64,000 bases of DNA from Fimicolochytrium jonesii (lineage: Eukaryota). Every line of letters starts with the position of its first letter. The stretch's first letter is position 1. A program made the translations under genes and the position numbers. The notes under the pieces were generated by a model. The model ran no database searches. It saw only the letters and a list, made by a program, of their open reading frames with translations, and had not been told where the DNA came from. The DNA is taken from NCBI RefSeq assembly GCF_025526975.1, contig NW_026515680.1, forward strand, positions 310,001 to 374,000, given 5' to 3'. Below are positions 11,484 to 25,069 of this stretch, in pieces.

Positions 11484-14474
11484 GAGAGAGGGTATGGATG
11501 TTGAAGGTATTGGTGGCGTGAATCCGGACGATGTGACTTGGTGACTTGGAAATAGCGGAAAAAAAAAACGCGCCCCCCAACTTTCCAAACTCGCCGAGTC
11601 GCAGATGAACATTGCCGCTCATTTGTTATTACGCCGACATGTATCCCCCACATGAATGATATCACTGTCCAATATGGATATGATGGCACTTGCGTACGAT
11701 ACTAGAACGAACCGCAGCCCAAGCGTCGCAACTTCGTACAGATCGAGACAGCCCGAATTGACAGGCGCGGCTATGCTGTCTCGATCTATGACGCTCCCGT
11801 CGCGCTTTATGACAGCCATGATCACCCGAATCACGCCACTCCGCGGAGAAGACTCGGTGTGTCCCGGAGTCTCCGGTGGCAATCTCGAGAATCATTTCAT
11901 TTCAGTTGTGGTCATTTATCTAGGCTCATTTATCTGGGTTATCTTCGTCGACGATCCAGATTCCTTGATATCTCCGCTGTCACGGAGGTATGATGATACA
12001 GTGTCCACTTCGTCGCCTCGTGCGCTTACAGGCACTATCGTCCGTTCCTCTACCGCTCTCTCTGCGCCAACGTTTGCCAAAGTTTGGGGAGGTCCGAACC
12101 AAGGATACATGCCAAGGCTACAAGAAGGATACAGCGAAGAGCATTGTAGCATTCATGGTTCCCTCAATATTGCCCTTCCGCGGACATGAAACGCAATATC
12201 CCTGACAATCCCTGCTCACCGTGAATTTTAATGAAGATACTGTATACTGTACATCAAACCCCACATGCCTGACAGACAGCTGTACTGCACGTACCGTACG
12301 AAAAAACGAAACGACAGCTGAGGTTAGTATATCACCAGTGAGGGTATTTCCTCACCGAGTTTTGCGCATCCGAGACCGTGGATGCGGTAGTATTACGGAT
12401 TCATATAACGTAACTAGCACCCGTGCACCGGACACTTATAGATCACCCTTTTGACTGGGTCTTCGTCGTACAGTGCCATGCGGCCCAACATCCACGTGTT
12501 CGAGGCCTTGCTGGGGAAATTCGGATCCGCTTTTATACCCTTTTATACCACAACGACATTGGGTATTGGTAAAGCCATGCGGCCAGCGGCCTCACAATCA
12601 CCCATTCAACTTTGCACCACCATGACCGGAAATCCGGACGTTGGTGCCGCTCCCGCGTTGCCAATCCCAGATATGAGGGACACCGCCCAGAAACTGTCAC
12701 TTGAGGGTTGGCGTCAAACCAGCATGTGTGATTTCGGATTGAGGCAGAAACCTTTTTCTTTTCCGGTGGCACCCCGCGACGAGTAAATTCATCATCATCA
12801 ATTGATTCAATTTTGGCAGCAGGTCGATATAATAATTCCGTCCCTCATCGGTTCACAGGTTGCCTTTCGGGGCGAGCATCATTTGAAGAGGTCCGTCTGT
12901 AATAAGTCGGGTTGTATGCTTATGGAGATGCGATTGGTGGGTGACCAGAACAGTTGGCGACGCACCGGCAATGAAATATATGTACACCTGTACGTGATTG
13001 CCCGTTGAGAGCTATGCAACGAGCGGTGTGCTAGCGATTCACGCGGAAGTGTTCGCAGATACTTCCGCTCCGCTATCCCTTGCAGTCTTTGCTGCCTTTA
13101 TTCTCTCGTGCGTGTCCGCGCGTGCGTAGGATTAATCGTGTGACCTCCAGAGACTGGGGGAACTGGTGTTGGTATAATTCATCAATCCTCCGCTCCATTT
13201 GACGGTGAGAAGAGGCTCCAAAGACATCTGCTTTCTATCAACTATCCGGCCCCGGATCCGAAGGGTCCGTAAAAAGCCTTCAGGAACAAAGGTATATACA
13301 TCGTACACCTCCCACGTCCCGCCTCCCAAAGGTGCCCACCGACGACCGTTCTTTTCGTTTTATCGTTCATTCGACTTCAACGCTCGGCGAAGGCTTTCTC
13401 CTGGCAGGAGAATCAGCTCTCTCCAGCCCTCTCGCAACCATCACTCCACCCTCACGAACTCGTCGTCGGTGTAAGCCGAAGCATTCCACGCTAGCCGGTC
13501 ATCAGAAAGTCGTGAATCGCACCTGTGGCAGAAGGTTAGTTGACACCCGGACTCGACAGTTCAACTGTCCAAGATGTGTTCACGCCTCTCGGGTTGCATG
13601 GGGTTCTCCTGTGCTTTTCCCGCCGTTTCCCGGCATCCCTTTTGTATCGGGCGCCTGCCTCCCGAGCCCGCCTGAATCTGAAAATTCGACAGACTTGATC
13701 CCTGCCTTTGCCTTTCATGGTGACACGCACATCCTCGACCTACGATACTTCATCGAAAGCGGCTCGCAACCCTTCCCTGTCTTTCATCCCTCCTTCACCT
13801 CTGGTGCTCTGTTCGCGAATAAAGACTGACCCGACATTTGTTCCTCGCCCATTGCACAGGTCGCTCGGGTTGACAGTTATCTGTAGCCTGGTCTCGCCAC
13901 TCCTTTCCCACAGGGTTGGTCCTCCAGGGCGAGCCTCGGGTGTCACAAATCACCACCGCGCGGCTTTTACGGCTACCTCCCAACTGCCCAGCTGAAGCGA
14001 GCACGCACAAGACACCCACAGCAAAGCTTTCGGTGCACGGCGTACGCATTCGCACAGGCCCCAGTCACAGCAGAGCGCTCGTCGTTCCCTTCGACTCCCC
14101 TGAGAAAAGAAAAGACGGGGCAAAAGCTGCAACTCTCTCATCACACCGAACACAGAGAAACCGACAACCCATCTTTTGTTCTGCAATATCACCTTCGCAC
14201 GACGACACCGTCCGTTGTCCGCGACACATACATACCAGTCCTCACAACTGTGTAGCTGCTGTATGTGAGATAGTATATGTTACGGCAGTTTGCTCAAGTC
14301 TCCTCGCCGCCTGAAACCCCTGCCTTTTGCTCTCCACCGTCAAACGAGCCCAATCGCGCGTGGGAACCCTGCACAAAACACCACCAAACCCCTCGAATAA
14401 CCGTACTTTCCCACCACCATAACCTGACCACCCCGCATACCACAATCCACCCCACACCACTCCCGTACCACAGC

Positions 14475-16809
14475 ATGGCGACTGGTCCCGACGACGACTG
14501 GCCGCAGCGGTCTCGGCCATTGTCCCCGGCCGAACCCAATTACCATTTGCCGTCTCACCATCACCATCACGGCCATCATGCCTCCGGCGAGGGCCACCAA
14601 CAATCTCACCTAATATCGCTCCCGCACCCTCAGAACCATGGATATCACCACCAACTGCCACAGCCAGCGATACTGCAGTCCCAGACGTCCTCCCACAGGC
14701 CAAGTGATGACCTGTCGAGTTTTTCAACTTCGAACTTTGGGACGTCATCGGCGCCGCACAGTCCTGGGCTAAAGTCGGCAGGAAGCCAGCAACAAGCTTA
14801 CGCGTAAGTATATTTCAGTTCAGACATCACGTTTCCGTGTCATGACTGGCTCCTGTAGAACGAACGCAGGAGTGAAGGGGTCCGATGGAGAAGGATAGCT
14901 TATCGGTTGTCTTCTTCCCATAGGTTATCTCGCCCGCCATCATATGATTCGAGTCCTGCCGAAGAAGCTGCGGCGATGAGCTTCAATTCCACCTCTATAC
15001 CCTCTGAATTTGTGTCGCAACGCAAGTTCTCCATTGACACAAACCTCAAGGTGGAATATGACCCTCCGTCGCCGACTTTCTACACTCTTCCGCCAATGGA
15101 TTCGCCAGCGGGACGTCGTCGGACCCTACCAATCGAACCATTTGCGGTCAACATTGGCCCATTCTTCAAGCCAACGAAGCAACTTCATAACATCTGCAGC
15201 ATCGACCGTGCAAGATTGTAAGGAATTTGAACGCGAGCGATTCGTTTGACACTGATATCAGTGCTGCATACTTATTCATCTTTTGCGACATAGATATACC
15301 CTACGCGTCCATCCAAAGGTTGACCGCGGATTTTTCCTGGCAGACAGCGACTGGACTTGCTACCGTCGCAACTACTTCCAAGTGTCAGCTTCCTTCTCGG
15401 CGACCGATGCACATGGTCAAGAGGTTGAACTTCCATGTATGATGGAAATGGACAACAAGCTCTACACTGTCACTGGTTTTGCCCTTGGCATCTCTGCACG
15501 GGTTGGCAATGGGGAGCGGGCAGTGGATCTTATCCAGCACACACCCAAGCGCGATAAGTATGTATCTTTGTCTTCATTGTATGGTGGGTAAAACTTCATT
15601 CCTAATGTCGATTTTTGGGTATCTAGAGGACCACAACTTGTTCCTCAGCCAAGACCTGTCCGGGCTGGTGGCAACCCTCATCAGTATAGCGGCATAGGCT
15701 CCAACAACCTTGTCGCAACGTTCGAGCGCCTTCAATTCAAGACCGCCACCGCTAACAATGGGAAGAGACGGGCTGCTCAACAATACTATATCCTCAACCT
15801 AGATCTCTTTGCCACCACGGAAGACGGTCACCATCACAAAGTAGCCTTCATCGAATCCGCTCCATTGGTCGTCCGCGGAAGAAGCCCAGGGCACTATGCC
15901 GACGGAAGCCTGGATGGACTGCGCATGTTCCCACTCGACCAATTCGGTCGCCGGACAGACCTGTACGGTCCGGGAATGCCTGCGTTCATGAACACCTCCA
16001 TGTACCCGCAGATGCCCCCAGGAAGTCCATTGTGGAGCACAGCGTCGCCCACAAGCGCTGGTCTAACACCTCCCACATACTATTCCAACCCGATTGCAGC
16101 AGGCGTTTCGTCCAATGGTCCTTATACTGATGGACCAATGCCGCGTTCAAACACCCCCGGCGCCCCAAACATGACAACTCTGAATCCTATTTGGCATCGA
16201 GCACGTGCGGACTCGCTCGCAAACTCCGAGTGCTCGTTTACGACCAACAACACCACCCTGACGGCATCATCGTATAACTCCATGGAGTTTGATGACACGG
16301 AGCGCCCATCGCCTTCCAACGTCGGGGGCCCTCGGCTGCAACCTCCTTTAACACCTCCCAGCACTGCAAACCCTTCCCCGGCGTCTCGGTCTCCAGTAAT
16401 GCCGCACGCGAGCGCGCCCAATGGGCATAATACCCACTCTTACATTCAAGAACAACACATGCCCACAAACAACCATCATTCATCATTGCATATCAATACA
16501 CAGCTACCCGGCATCGCCAACACGGGTTTGCGTCGCCATATACCGGGACCGACATCGCCGCATCAGAATCGCACGTCCTTTGTGCCGTATGCGCCCTCTG
16601 TCCCCTCCAACGGATGGGAAGCGCCTTCGCCCGTCGACAACAATCCGATGCATATGAAGCAAAGCCGGCCGCTGAGTGGCACCATGCTTCCCCATCCACC
16701 CTCGGATCTCGCGGACTTGATGGGCGGTTTTGGATTCCGTACCCAGCGGGAGATGAACCAGCTGCACGGGCACGACGGTGCTCATAACCCCAATGATCGG
16801 ATTCGTTGA
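14475..16809 (+). CDS. NDT80: Ndt80/PhoG-like (p53-fold) transcription factor, multi-exon
   Basis: HPKVDRGFFLADSDWTCYRRNYFQV, LIQHTPKRDK, VATFERLQFKTATANNGKRRAAQQYY and PLVVRGRSPGHY. His-rich N-terminus and P/S-rich C-terminus. Confidence 0.93.
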
Positions 16810-18063
16810 AGACCGCGGGACACTTGGACGTGTGACCGTCCAACCTGGGCACCCGGCATGCCTCAACGACACTATGGACTTTCTTTTATTTCTTCGGACA
16901 TTCCTTTATGGACATTCTTCGCATTCTTCTCTCCCTTCGTTTTCGTTTAACGAGAAAAAGGGTTCCCGATCTTGTATCATAAGCTCTTCTTTTACCCCTC
17001 CTCCAGTTTCACCCCACCGCTATCGCATTTTATTCGCGGTACTTTTACATAACTTCTTCTATCATCCTTATTCTACATAGGCCGTAGCTGTACACTTTTC
17101 GTTATGGTTCCTCCTTTTCTTTCGCCGTATACTCTCTGATCTCTCGTATCGAGGCGTAATTGCAGATAATGTTGTCCGTCATAGCCTTTTCTTTTCTTTT
17201 GAGCTCACTGTTCTTGGTGTCTCGTCTTGTTGTGCTCTGTGGGGTAAGGGCAACCTTCATTTATCTTGTTTGTCTGGCGATATCTCATGTTCCTGGTCGG
17301 GTCTCATCAATCATATTCGTCATCTCATTCGGTTCTGGTGTGGAAGTCGGTACTGCGAGAATGCGACACGCATCCTGCCGTAAATTTGACATTATTTACG
17401 TTAAAAATCTGGACAAGGCCTATTTTGGGACACGCCGTAGCGTGCAGGCGGTGTCTTATATCTGGTGGTCGGACCGACTCGTCGGTAGCGGAGCGCTGGC
17501 CATGAAGTCATCCCTGAGAGTGAGGGCTGAGTGACGGTGATGAGACCGAAGAGTGACTCTGAGTGAAGAAAATCAGGACTTATCACGGATAAGTGGCGTG
17601 TGTTATTATCGTTGACTCTATTGGATGGATGTGGGTGAAGACTGTGACAAGGACTCGGAAAGGACTCAAAGGAGAGAGTTGATTTGGCCAGCGGGCTTGG
17701 GAACAACGGTTACCTTCGGAGTAGGTGCAAAAGTCACCCGACAAACATACTCAAAGAACCTGCCGTATTCTTGGGACAGCGCACTGTTCTCTCGCTCCTC
17801 ATAGAGGTGGGTGTCGGCTGTTTCGGAGACTAGTCAGCGATCCAGGGATTGTTGGATGGTCGGAATCGCCCGTTCGACCGTGGGAAAGTCCGTTTGTCTC
17901 CACATCTTCGAAGCCAATCGTTGCCAAAATATCTTATTGAAGAGTACCTGCCGGCACTTGAGGTCTTCGTCTTTGCTCAACGTTGTCTTTTGCGGATTAT
18001 TTTGCACAGTTTTCCCACAAGCATCACCATCACTAGACTTTCGTCACATCGTACGCCGCAATC

Positions 18064-18707
18064 ATGCCGTCCGACGAAATTGTAGACCACAACATTTTCG
18101 ACCAGCTTCTAGAGGTGCGCATGCTTGCCGGGTGTAGATAAAAGCACCCGCTGCTTGGGGCTGGAGTGGGGCTTCTTGATTTATTGGTAGGAATCTCATC
18201 ACGATCGATTTCCTTTCTTCGCGGCCACTCTTGGTTTTCTTCTAGATGGACGAGGATGATGAGGACAGAAGCTTCAGCAGAGATATCGTAACAAATTACT
18301 TTGAGCAAGCGGAAACCACATTCGCAAGCATGGACACATCTTTGTACGTAGCGGAGAATCGTTGGGTTTTTTTATTGGTTGGAGGTCCGCATCAGAACAC
18401 TGTGGCTAATGGCGTTATGATTTATAGGAAGGAGAAGGACCTCCCCGCGCTTTCCAGACTGGGACACTTCCTGAAGGGCAGTTCAGCAGCTCTCGGACTG
18501 ACGAAAGTAAAAGCATCTTGCGAAAAGATGCAACACTACGGGAACATGAAAGACGAGCACGGATCCGGCAGTATCACAGAAGAAGACGCCTTGAAGCGCA
18601 TTACGGCGCTATTGAAACAAACGAAAACGGAGTACAAGGAGGCGGAAGACTACTTGAAGAAGTTTTACGAGACGGATGGGGATGCGGCTGCGGAGGACGA
18701 GGAATGA
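18064..18707 (+). CDS. YPD1: Histidine phosphotransfer (HPt) protein Ypd1
   Basis: MPSDEIVDHNIFDQLLE|MDEDDEDRSFSRDIVTNYFEQAETTF...LSRLGHFLKGSSAALGLTKVKASCEKMQHYG. Phospho-accepting His present. Confidence 0.95.
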
Positions 18708-19328
18708 AAGCTGCTTGCTCTCGGGCACAAAACAAACCATTGTGGCGGTTGGGATGGGAAATATATCTTTTCAACTTTGGATTTGGGTTGTGTGGAACAT
18801 GACATATCACATTGGTGGTGGGTGGGTATGTCGGGCCCCACGACCACCATTCATGGGCTGGTGCCACCGGCCTCTTCAAGCAAGCATTGTAGGAAAGTCC
18901 TTGCATTTATCAGAACGAGGTGGAGGACTAGACGATATATTCCGAAGCGTATAATAGTTATCATTCTTTCTGTCTGTTCAACATCTGTCCCTGCGACCTC
19001 TTTCCTATATCTCCGAGAAGGCTCCTTTCTCGGGCAATTTTCTTTGCTTCCTGCGTCTCTCAATCATTACATATTTTTACTTCATTGAGCCCGGACATTT
19101 CACTCTACCTTTCAATGAACGATTGCTGGGTGCCACAGATTGGTATGTTAAAGGAGTTGACTACGTGATATAGTGATATGTACACAAGGGAACGCTATTG
19201 CCGAGACAGAAATGATCATGGCTACAGTAAGACTGAATAAGCTACAAAGCGCCGCTCGGGTCGCCATTACAGTACGACGCGAAAATGAAATGCATCGCGG
19301 AATGACCGACAACGCTACGGACTTCCAC

Positions 19329-20319
19329 TCAGGTCTTCTTGACCCACGTCTTCGCACCAGCACCGGCGCTCTGATTGCCAAACCCGTTGCTTTTCGGAGC
19401 ACCCCCCGGTCCATCATCCTCCGCAATCGGATACGCAAACTTGCGGTCTTTCCTCCTCCACAGCAACTTCCTCGTGCCATTGAACGTATTCACCGTCATC
19501 TTCTGCACGGCTTCTTTCGCTTTGAACTCCTGCACAAACACCGGATCCCACAACTCGCTCGCGATACCCAGATCCTTGCAGCATCTCATCAACGCGTTCG
19601 ATTTGCAGCCTTCGGTTGCTGTTGCCAACCCGTCCTCAGAGAAGTAGGTTTGTTCTCCACGTGCTTGGGAGATGAATCGTCCGTCGCAGAACAAAGCGTA
19701 CTCGCGAGAGATGGTTTTCATGCTGATGGTGTGCGGCCCTCTCGGAATAAGACCCCATCCACCGGGTCCGAATGCTTCGTTCAGGATTCTGCGGTATTTA
19801 ATTTCAGGGAGATAGAGGATGCCATCTGTGGAGAGTGACGCTTGGTGAGTACCTCCATTGTTTTCACTCACATACATGACCGTACCAGGTTTCACTTCAA
19901 TATCCTCTTTCGGAATATCCCGCAACAATATGTCCGTAACATGCTTCGGAAACGGCTCATGCGCCAAGCCCATATGCGACTGCGTCAAGTTCTGGTATCG
20001 CAAATCGGCAGCAAGGTCGTCCGCCTCACCCGTCACACTATGTTCGTTTTCAAAGGCCTTCGTCGCCGGGAACGCCAAGCTGTCTGGACCTGTTGGGGCG
20101 GGGAACGGATTGTTCCTTGTTGCCGAGGCGTTGGTTGGTTTTGCGGTTGTTGAGGGCTCTGTCTCGTAGGGCGAGCGACAGGTGAGAGACAGCTTCCTCG
20201 GCCGACCAGGAGGTTGCAAGCGGAATACTTACTGCGAGATATCTGACACATCGGCGGAAGAGCGTGTTTTTTCGAGGCGCTGCCCTTACGGCCAGTGAGG
20301 AAATGCGTGTGCGATACAT
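19329..20319 (-). CDS. MGM101: Mitochondrial genome maintenance protein Mgm101 (Rad52-like)
   Basis: DIEVKP|DGILYLPEIKYRRILNEAFGPGGWGLIPRG, ATEGCKSNALMRCCKDLGIASELWDP. Presequence-like start MYRTRISSLAVR. Confidence 0.96.
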
Positions 20320-20715
20320 GGTGGGCGCTCTGTCGTTACTGCGAAGGCGAAAGCTGGGCGAGCGTAGGACAGTATGTTTGTACAGTACAGAGAGGGAGAG
20401 GGGTCTCCACGATTTCGGGAGGTCGACAGGTGTGATATGACGCGGGAGAGAGTGGAGTTCGGACACATCTCCAGATCACGTGAGCTCCGGACTTCACCTG
20501 CATTCACATCTTTCGGACTAACACGCGTCCTGCGGGCAAGTCTCCAGTGGCAAGAAGCTCACCCTTTGGACTCAGCTCTGGACTGTTCAAAGTCTCGAAA
20601 AATACCTGAGACCGCCTTCCTAACACCGCACTCTTCACCGTCCGAAGTTTCTCTTAGACAATTACTAGTATTTGAGTAAATCAGTAACTTCCTACCGAAA
20701 GATTCTTTGCCGAAA

Positions 20716-23524
20716 ATGCTCGGCGGCGGTCCCGTCACCAGGCGCCGAACGAGTGTGCTGGCCGACGCCCGAACCCCATCTCGGACGACGCCCCGAAAGC
20801 AAAGCGCATCGAGATCAGCTGCAACTGAGAAGAAGGAGCCTGTGCCGAGAGCGAAGACGCCAGTCCGAGATAAAAAGCAGGATGGCAATGGGGATGAGGA
20901 ACAATCGCCGTTACTGAGTTTCCGGCATGCTTTACCCCCCAACCTGAGGGCTCTGCAAGACGATACAGCTGATGAAGCGGACGAACCACCGCAACCTGAA
21001 TCTTCGAAAAAGCGCAAACGCGGCGAAGTACCTACGAGCGACAGGAAGACACGGAGTTCGCGAGCGAACAATCCTGTTACGAATGAATCCGATAGCGAGT
21101 TGTTGACGCTCAGTGAGATCAAACAGCGGAAGACCGAACGTGTGGTGATGGAGGAGGACAAGGGACCGGCACGGCCGAATCCATTCGCGGCTTACGCTTC
21201 ACCTGCTTTAGCAAAGGATCGAGAAACGATTGCTCAGGTGGAGGTGCTTCGCACACCAACAAAAACGAGATGTAGCCACAGTGCCGCTGGCAATCAGACA
21301 TCCCCAACGAAAGCTGAACAATGGTTGGATATTACACCACGCGCTCCCAAAAGTGGAGTGAAAGCGTCTGCTTTGTCCACGAAAGCTAAAAGCCCCGCTG
21401 CTGCGGTAAGGAAGCCAAGTGGAGCCACACTCGAGGTTGTGATTCCGAGTACGCCCTGCCGAACCGCTTTGCTGAAGAATGTGAGAAGCCCTGGCGTCGC
21501 CAATGTGCAGCTTTCGATGGGGACCCCGACACGCCCAGCGAAGGGGCCAGGAACGCCCAAAAAGTCCCCGGCTGTAGGAGTGAAGCATACGGCGAAGAAG
21601 TCTGCGAGCGTGCATGTGACGGATGAGGATGTGACGAATGCTCGGAAAGCGGTGTTACTGAGGCTGACGGAGAGAAACTGTCCGAGGAGGTTGATAGGGT
21701 TGGACGAACAATTCCAGTAAGTTCGAAGGCACGCGTTCGAAGGACGGACCATCTCGGAGCGTGTGATAGTAAACGGCATTTGTTCTCCTCATAGGAAGAT
21801 TTACGGGCTTATGGAACGCACGGTCCGGAGGGGCGAGAGCAATTCCGTTTTGCTGGTAGGCAACAGGGGAACGGGAAAAAGCACGGTAAATTCCTCTCAT
21901 TTGTACCATAAACGACTGCTTCATACATCCCATCTGACACGTCCGATACTTCGACAATCGCAGGTTATCAAGAAAGCCTTCACAAAGCTCTCCCGCACCT
22001 TCCAATCCTCCGCCTCCACCGCAAAGCCATTCTACGAAGTCCACCTCTCCGGCCTCTTCCACACCGACGACCGCCAAGCCCTTCGCGACATTGTACGGCA
22101 ACTCCAATCCCAGCAACTCGCACCGTCCTCCTCCGCAGAAGCCCTCTTGGAAACCGGCTCCTTTGCGGCGTGTCTGGCTTACGTCCTCGAAAGCTTAAAT
22201 CAGGGCACGTTGAAGAGCACGCCGGTGATTTTTGTGCTTGAGGAGGTGGATTTGCTGGCGAACCATCCGAAACAGGCTTTGTTGTACAATTTGTTTGATA
22301 TGTGTCAGAGTGGGAAGAATCCTGTGGCTGTTATTGGGGTTACGTGCCGGATTGTAAGTTTGGAACGCGGTTTTCTTGATTGAGAGGGGGAGGCAGCACG
22401 AGGTGATGGATTTCAGTGGAACTCATTCTCATCACCTTCTGCTTTCTAGGACTTCATTACTTTGCTGGAGAAGCGTGTCAAGTCTCGTTTCTCGCATCGC
22501 CGTGTCGACTTGTACCCTCCAGACTCGATGGCGGGGTTCTTGGCAATCGCGCAGGAGGCCTGCAGTCTGGCGGTATCGCCATCTTCCGAAGTTGAGTTAG
22601 ACTCGGACGCCCAGGCCACCGAGGCCGACGACGACGGAGTGACAAATGCGGCATACGTGGCATTATTCAATGAGAAAGCGCTGGACAACTTCCTGAACCA
22701 TCCGCTGGTTCTCCGCGGGATCAAGACGGTTTTCGAACAGAGCAAAGATGTGAGAAAGGTGTTTAGGTTTTTGGTAAGAATATATTGACACCGTTTACAC
22801 TCACAGAGATCTACAGAAAGACCCTGACAAAGTTTCTACGCAGTACCCCTTGGCAGCTGAGCTCTCAACATTAAACCCGTACCTCGGTGGCACGCTTTCC
22901 CCGCCCGCCAGCCCGCCCCCCACCCCGTCGACTCACATGACATCCTCACCGAAAGCTCCTTCCTATATAAATACATCCGCCTCGACGCTAGAAACGATAC
23001 CCATCCACGAAACCCTCGGCGGAGCTCTACACACCGCCCCGAAACAGAGCGTCATCCAATCCCTTTCCTTGCTGGAGATAATGCTGCTGGTGGCAAGCGT
23101 ACAGCTTTTCCGCAGACATTCCAACACCATAAGCCGGACTTCAAAGACCGTAGCTGCACCGACATCCTCCTTCACAAGAGCACCGACAATCTCGACATCA
23201 ATATCCACCGTCGACCCCGTCTTCAATTTTGAAATGGTGTACGACGAGTACCGCGACTTCCTCCGCACCTCCGCCTCATCTTCGTCCAGCAACAGCGTTG
23301 CGGCTGTGGGCGGAAAGGTGCTGCAGAGCAAGAATGTCGCTCAGAAGGCGTTCGAGAGACTGATGGTGTTGCGGTTGTGTGTTGGTGTGGATGGGGTTGG
23401 AATCAGGTGTCCCAAGGGGTGGAGGATGGTGAGGTTGGGTGTTGGGGTTAGGGAGGTGGAGCAAGCGGTGAAGGCTGGTAACTTGCCGACTGAGGTCGGG
23501 AGATGGGCGTTGGGGAGGGCGTAA
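20716..23524 (+). CDS. ORC4: Origin recognition complex subunit 4 with a long disordered N-terminus
   Basis: ERTVRRGESNSVLLVGNRGTGKS (Walker A), VIFVLEEVDL, KQALLYNLFD, LEKRVKSRFSHRR and C-terminal FNFEMVYDEY. Confidence 0.93.
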
Positions 23525-23897
23525 TCTGTCGCGGGAGAATGTGTGTAGCCCGACATGGTATTTAGGGACCATCGCCAATACTCGGCTGTGGATTGTTGAT
23601 AAATGAATGATGCTTGGACGCAATGATCTCGAGATCTCCGTATGTAAATAGGCAAGTATGCCATATTCGTTTTTGGAGCGCTTTCGCAGCAGATCTGGGT
23701 GACGTTTCAGGAAATATATTTCCTCCGCAAGAGAGAGGCTAGCGGGACTATCGCGCTTCGGCGGCGCTGGCGCTGTATTGACTAAAGTCATCTCGGTATC
23801 TCCTGCGTCTGAGACGATTGTCATCCATTTAGTCATCCCGACACGCTTTCCACATTGGAGAGATTGTCGGCTTGCCGCGGTTCTGATCGGAAGGCTC

Positions 23898-24699
23898 CTA
23901 CCGCATGACAACCTCCTTAAAGAATTCAGGCCGAATGACCCCAGTCTTGTCCCCTTTACTCAAAATCACACCATTCTCGCTCCTCCAAAACTCGACCCCA
24001 GCGTCCAACGCCTTCTGCAAATCCAGATAGATCACGACATCGCAGGAGCTTCTCATCCCACTGATGACGCCTCCTCCTCCCGGCATACCAGCGGCAAAGT
24101 GAATATGCTGCCTGCTCATCGGCTTCAGCCCTTCCTTTGCTATGATCGGATAGACGTTCTTGTACGTCCCATGGATCACGACAGGCGCCTGCGAGGCCTC
24201 GGTTATCGGTGTCAGCTGGACTTCGGCGGTGGTGAGGGAGTGACCTTGGTTTGCACGGATGAGATAGACGGTTTGTGACGGTAGTGTCGGATGAGGCTCT
24301 TCTATGAGCTTGAAACGCTGCTTGTCATTGGACGATACTACGCTTTGCAGTGTCGAGAGAGTGACGGTCCGGAGGCGGGGGTGCTTGACCTAGTGAAGTC
24401 CGGAACAGAACTGTCAGCCCTAGATCCAAATCGAAGATAGCTCCACCGTGATAAGGAAAGAATATACTGACCAGATCGGTGAACAAAACATAGCCGTCGG
24501 ATCTCATGGGAATTCCGTCCTTCTCGGCTCCGTGGCGAAGGACGTACGATAAGGCTTTGGATGTGCGGACTTCAGACGAGTCTGGTTCTCGGCGGTTGCC
24601 ACCCGCACCACCACCTCGTCCCCCTCGTCCTCCTCTTTCTCCCCGACCCCGTCCACTTTGCCCTCCTCGAGTAGTTGTGCGGGTGTTCATAGAAGCCAT
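23898..24699 (-). CDS. TPT1: tRNA 2'-phosphotransferase Tpt1/KptA
   Basis: SKALSYVLRHGA, NDKQRF, IRANQGHS, IHGT, GLKPMSRQHIHFA, VISGMRSS and SENGVILS. RGG-rich N-terminus. Confidence 0.95.
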
Positions 24700-25069
24700 T
24701 GGGCGTCCTGCTTGAAAATACTTTGGCAACCAGAAAGGAACGCTTCTAGGGCCTGCCAATAGGAAAGTGTGCTTGTGGAACGTCTTGCATTGAAGAGTTG
24801 AGTAAGCCTGAAGGAGGTGCGCTTACACCGGTCAGGAGCTCTCTCAGATCTTCTTGTAGGAAAGTCCTCACCGTTGTGGAAGGTGACTTCTCCCACGTCC
24901 CATTGCGAGTCTCTCAAGACGTTGTCACCTTGCTCACACCTCTCACCCAGCCTCTCACCAGTCTCACCCTCGCCCTTCACACCCCGACTTGACTTAACCT
25001 CGACGCAGCCGACGCTCCCTGTTCAGCAAACAACCCTTGGGAAGCTGACATATCCTTTACTTCGCTGCA

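Noticed and set aside
11656..12189. 177-aa + strand ORF upstream of the NDT80-like gene
   Set aside because: No recognisable motif or protein-like composition; treated as a chance ORF.
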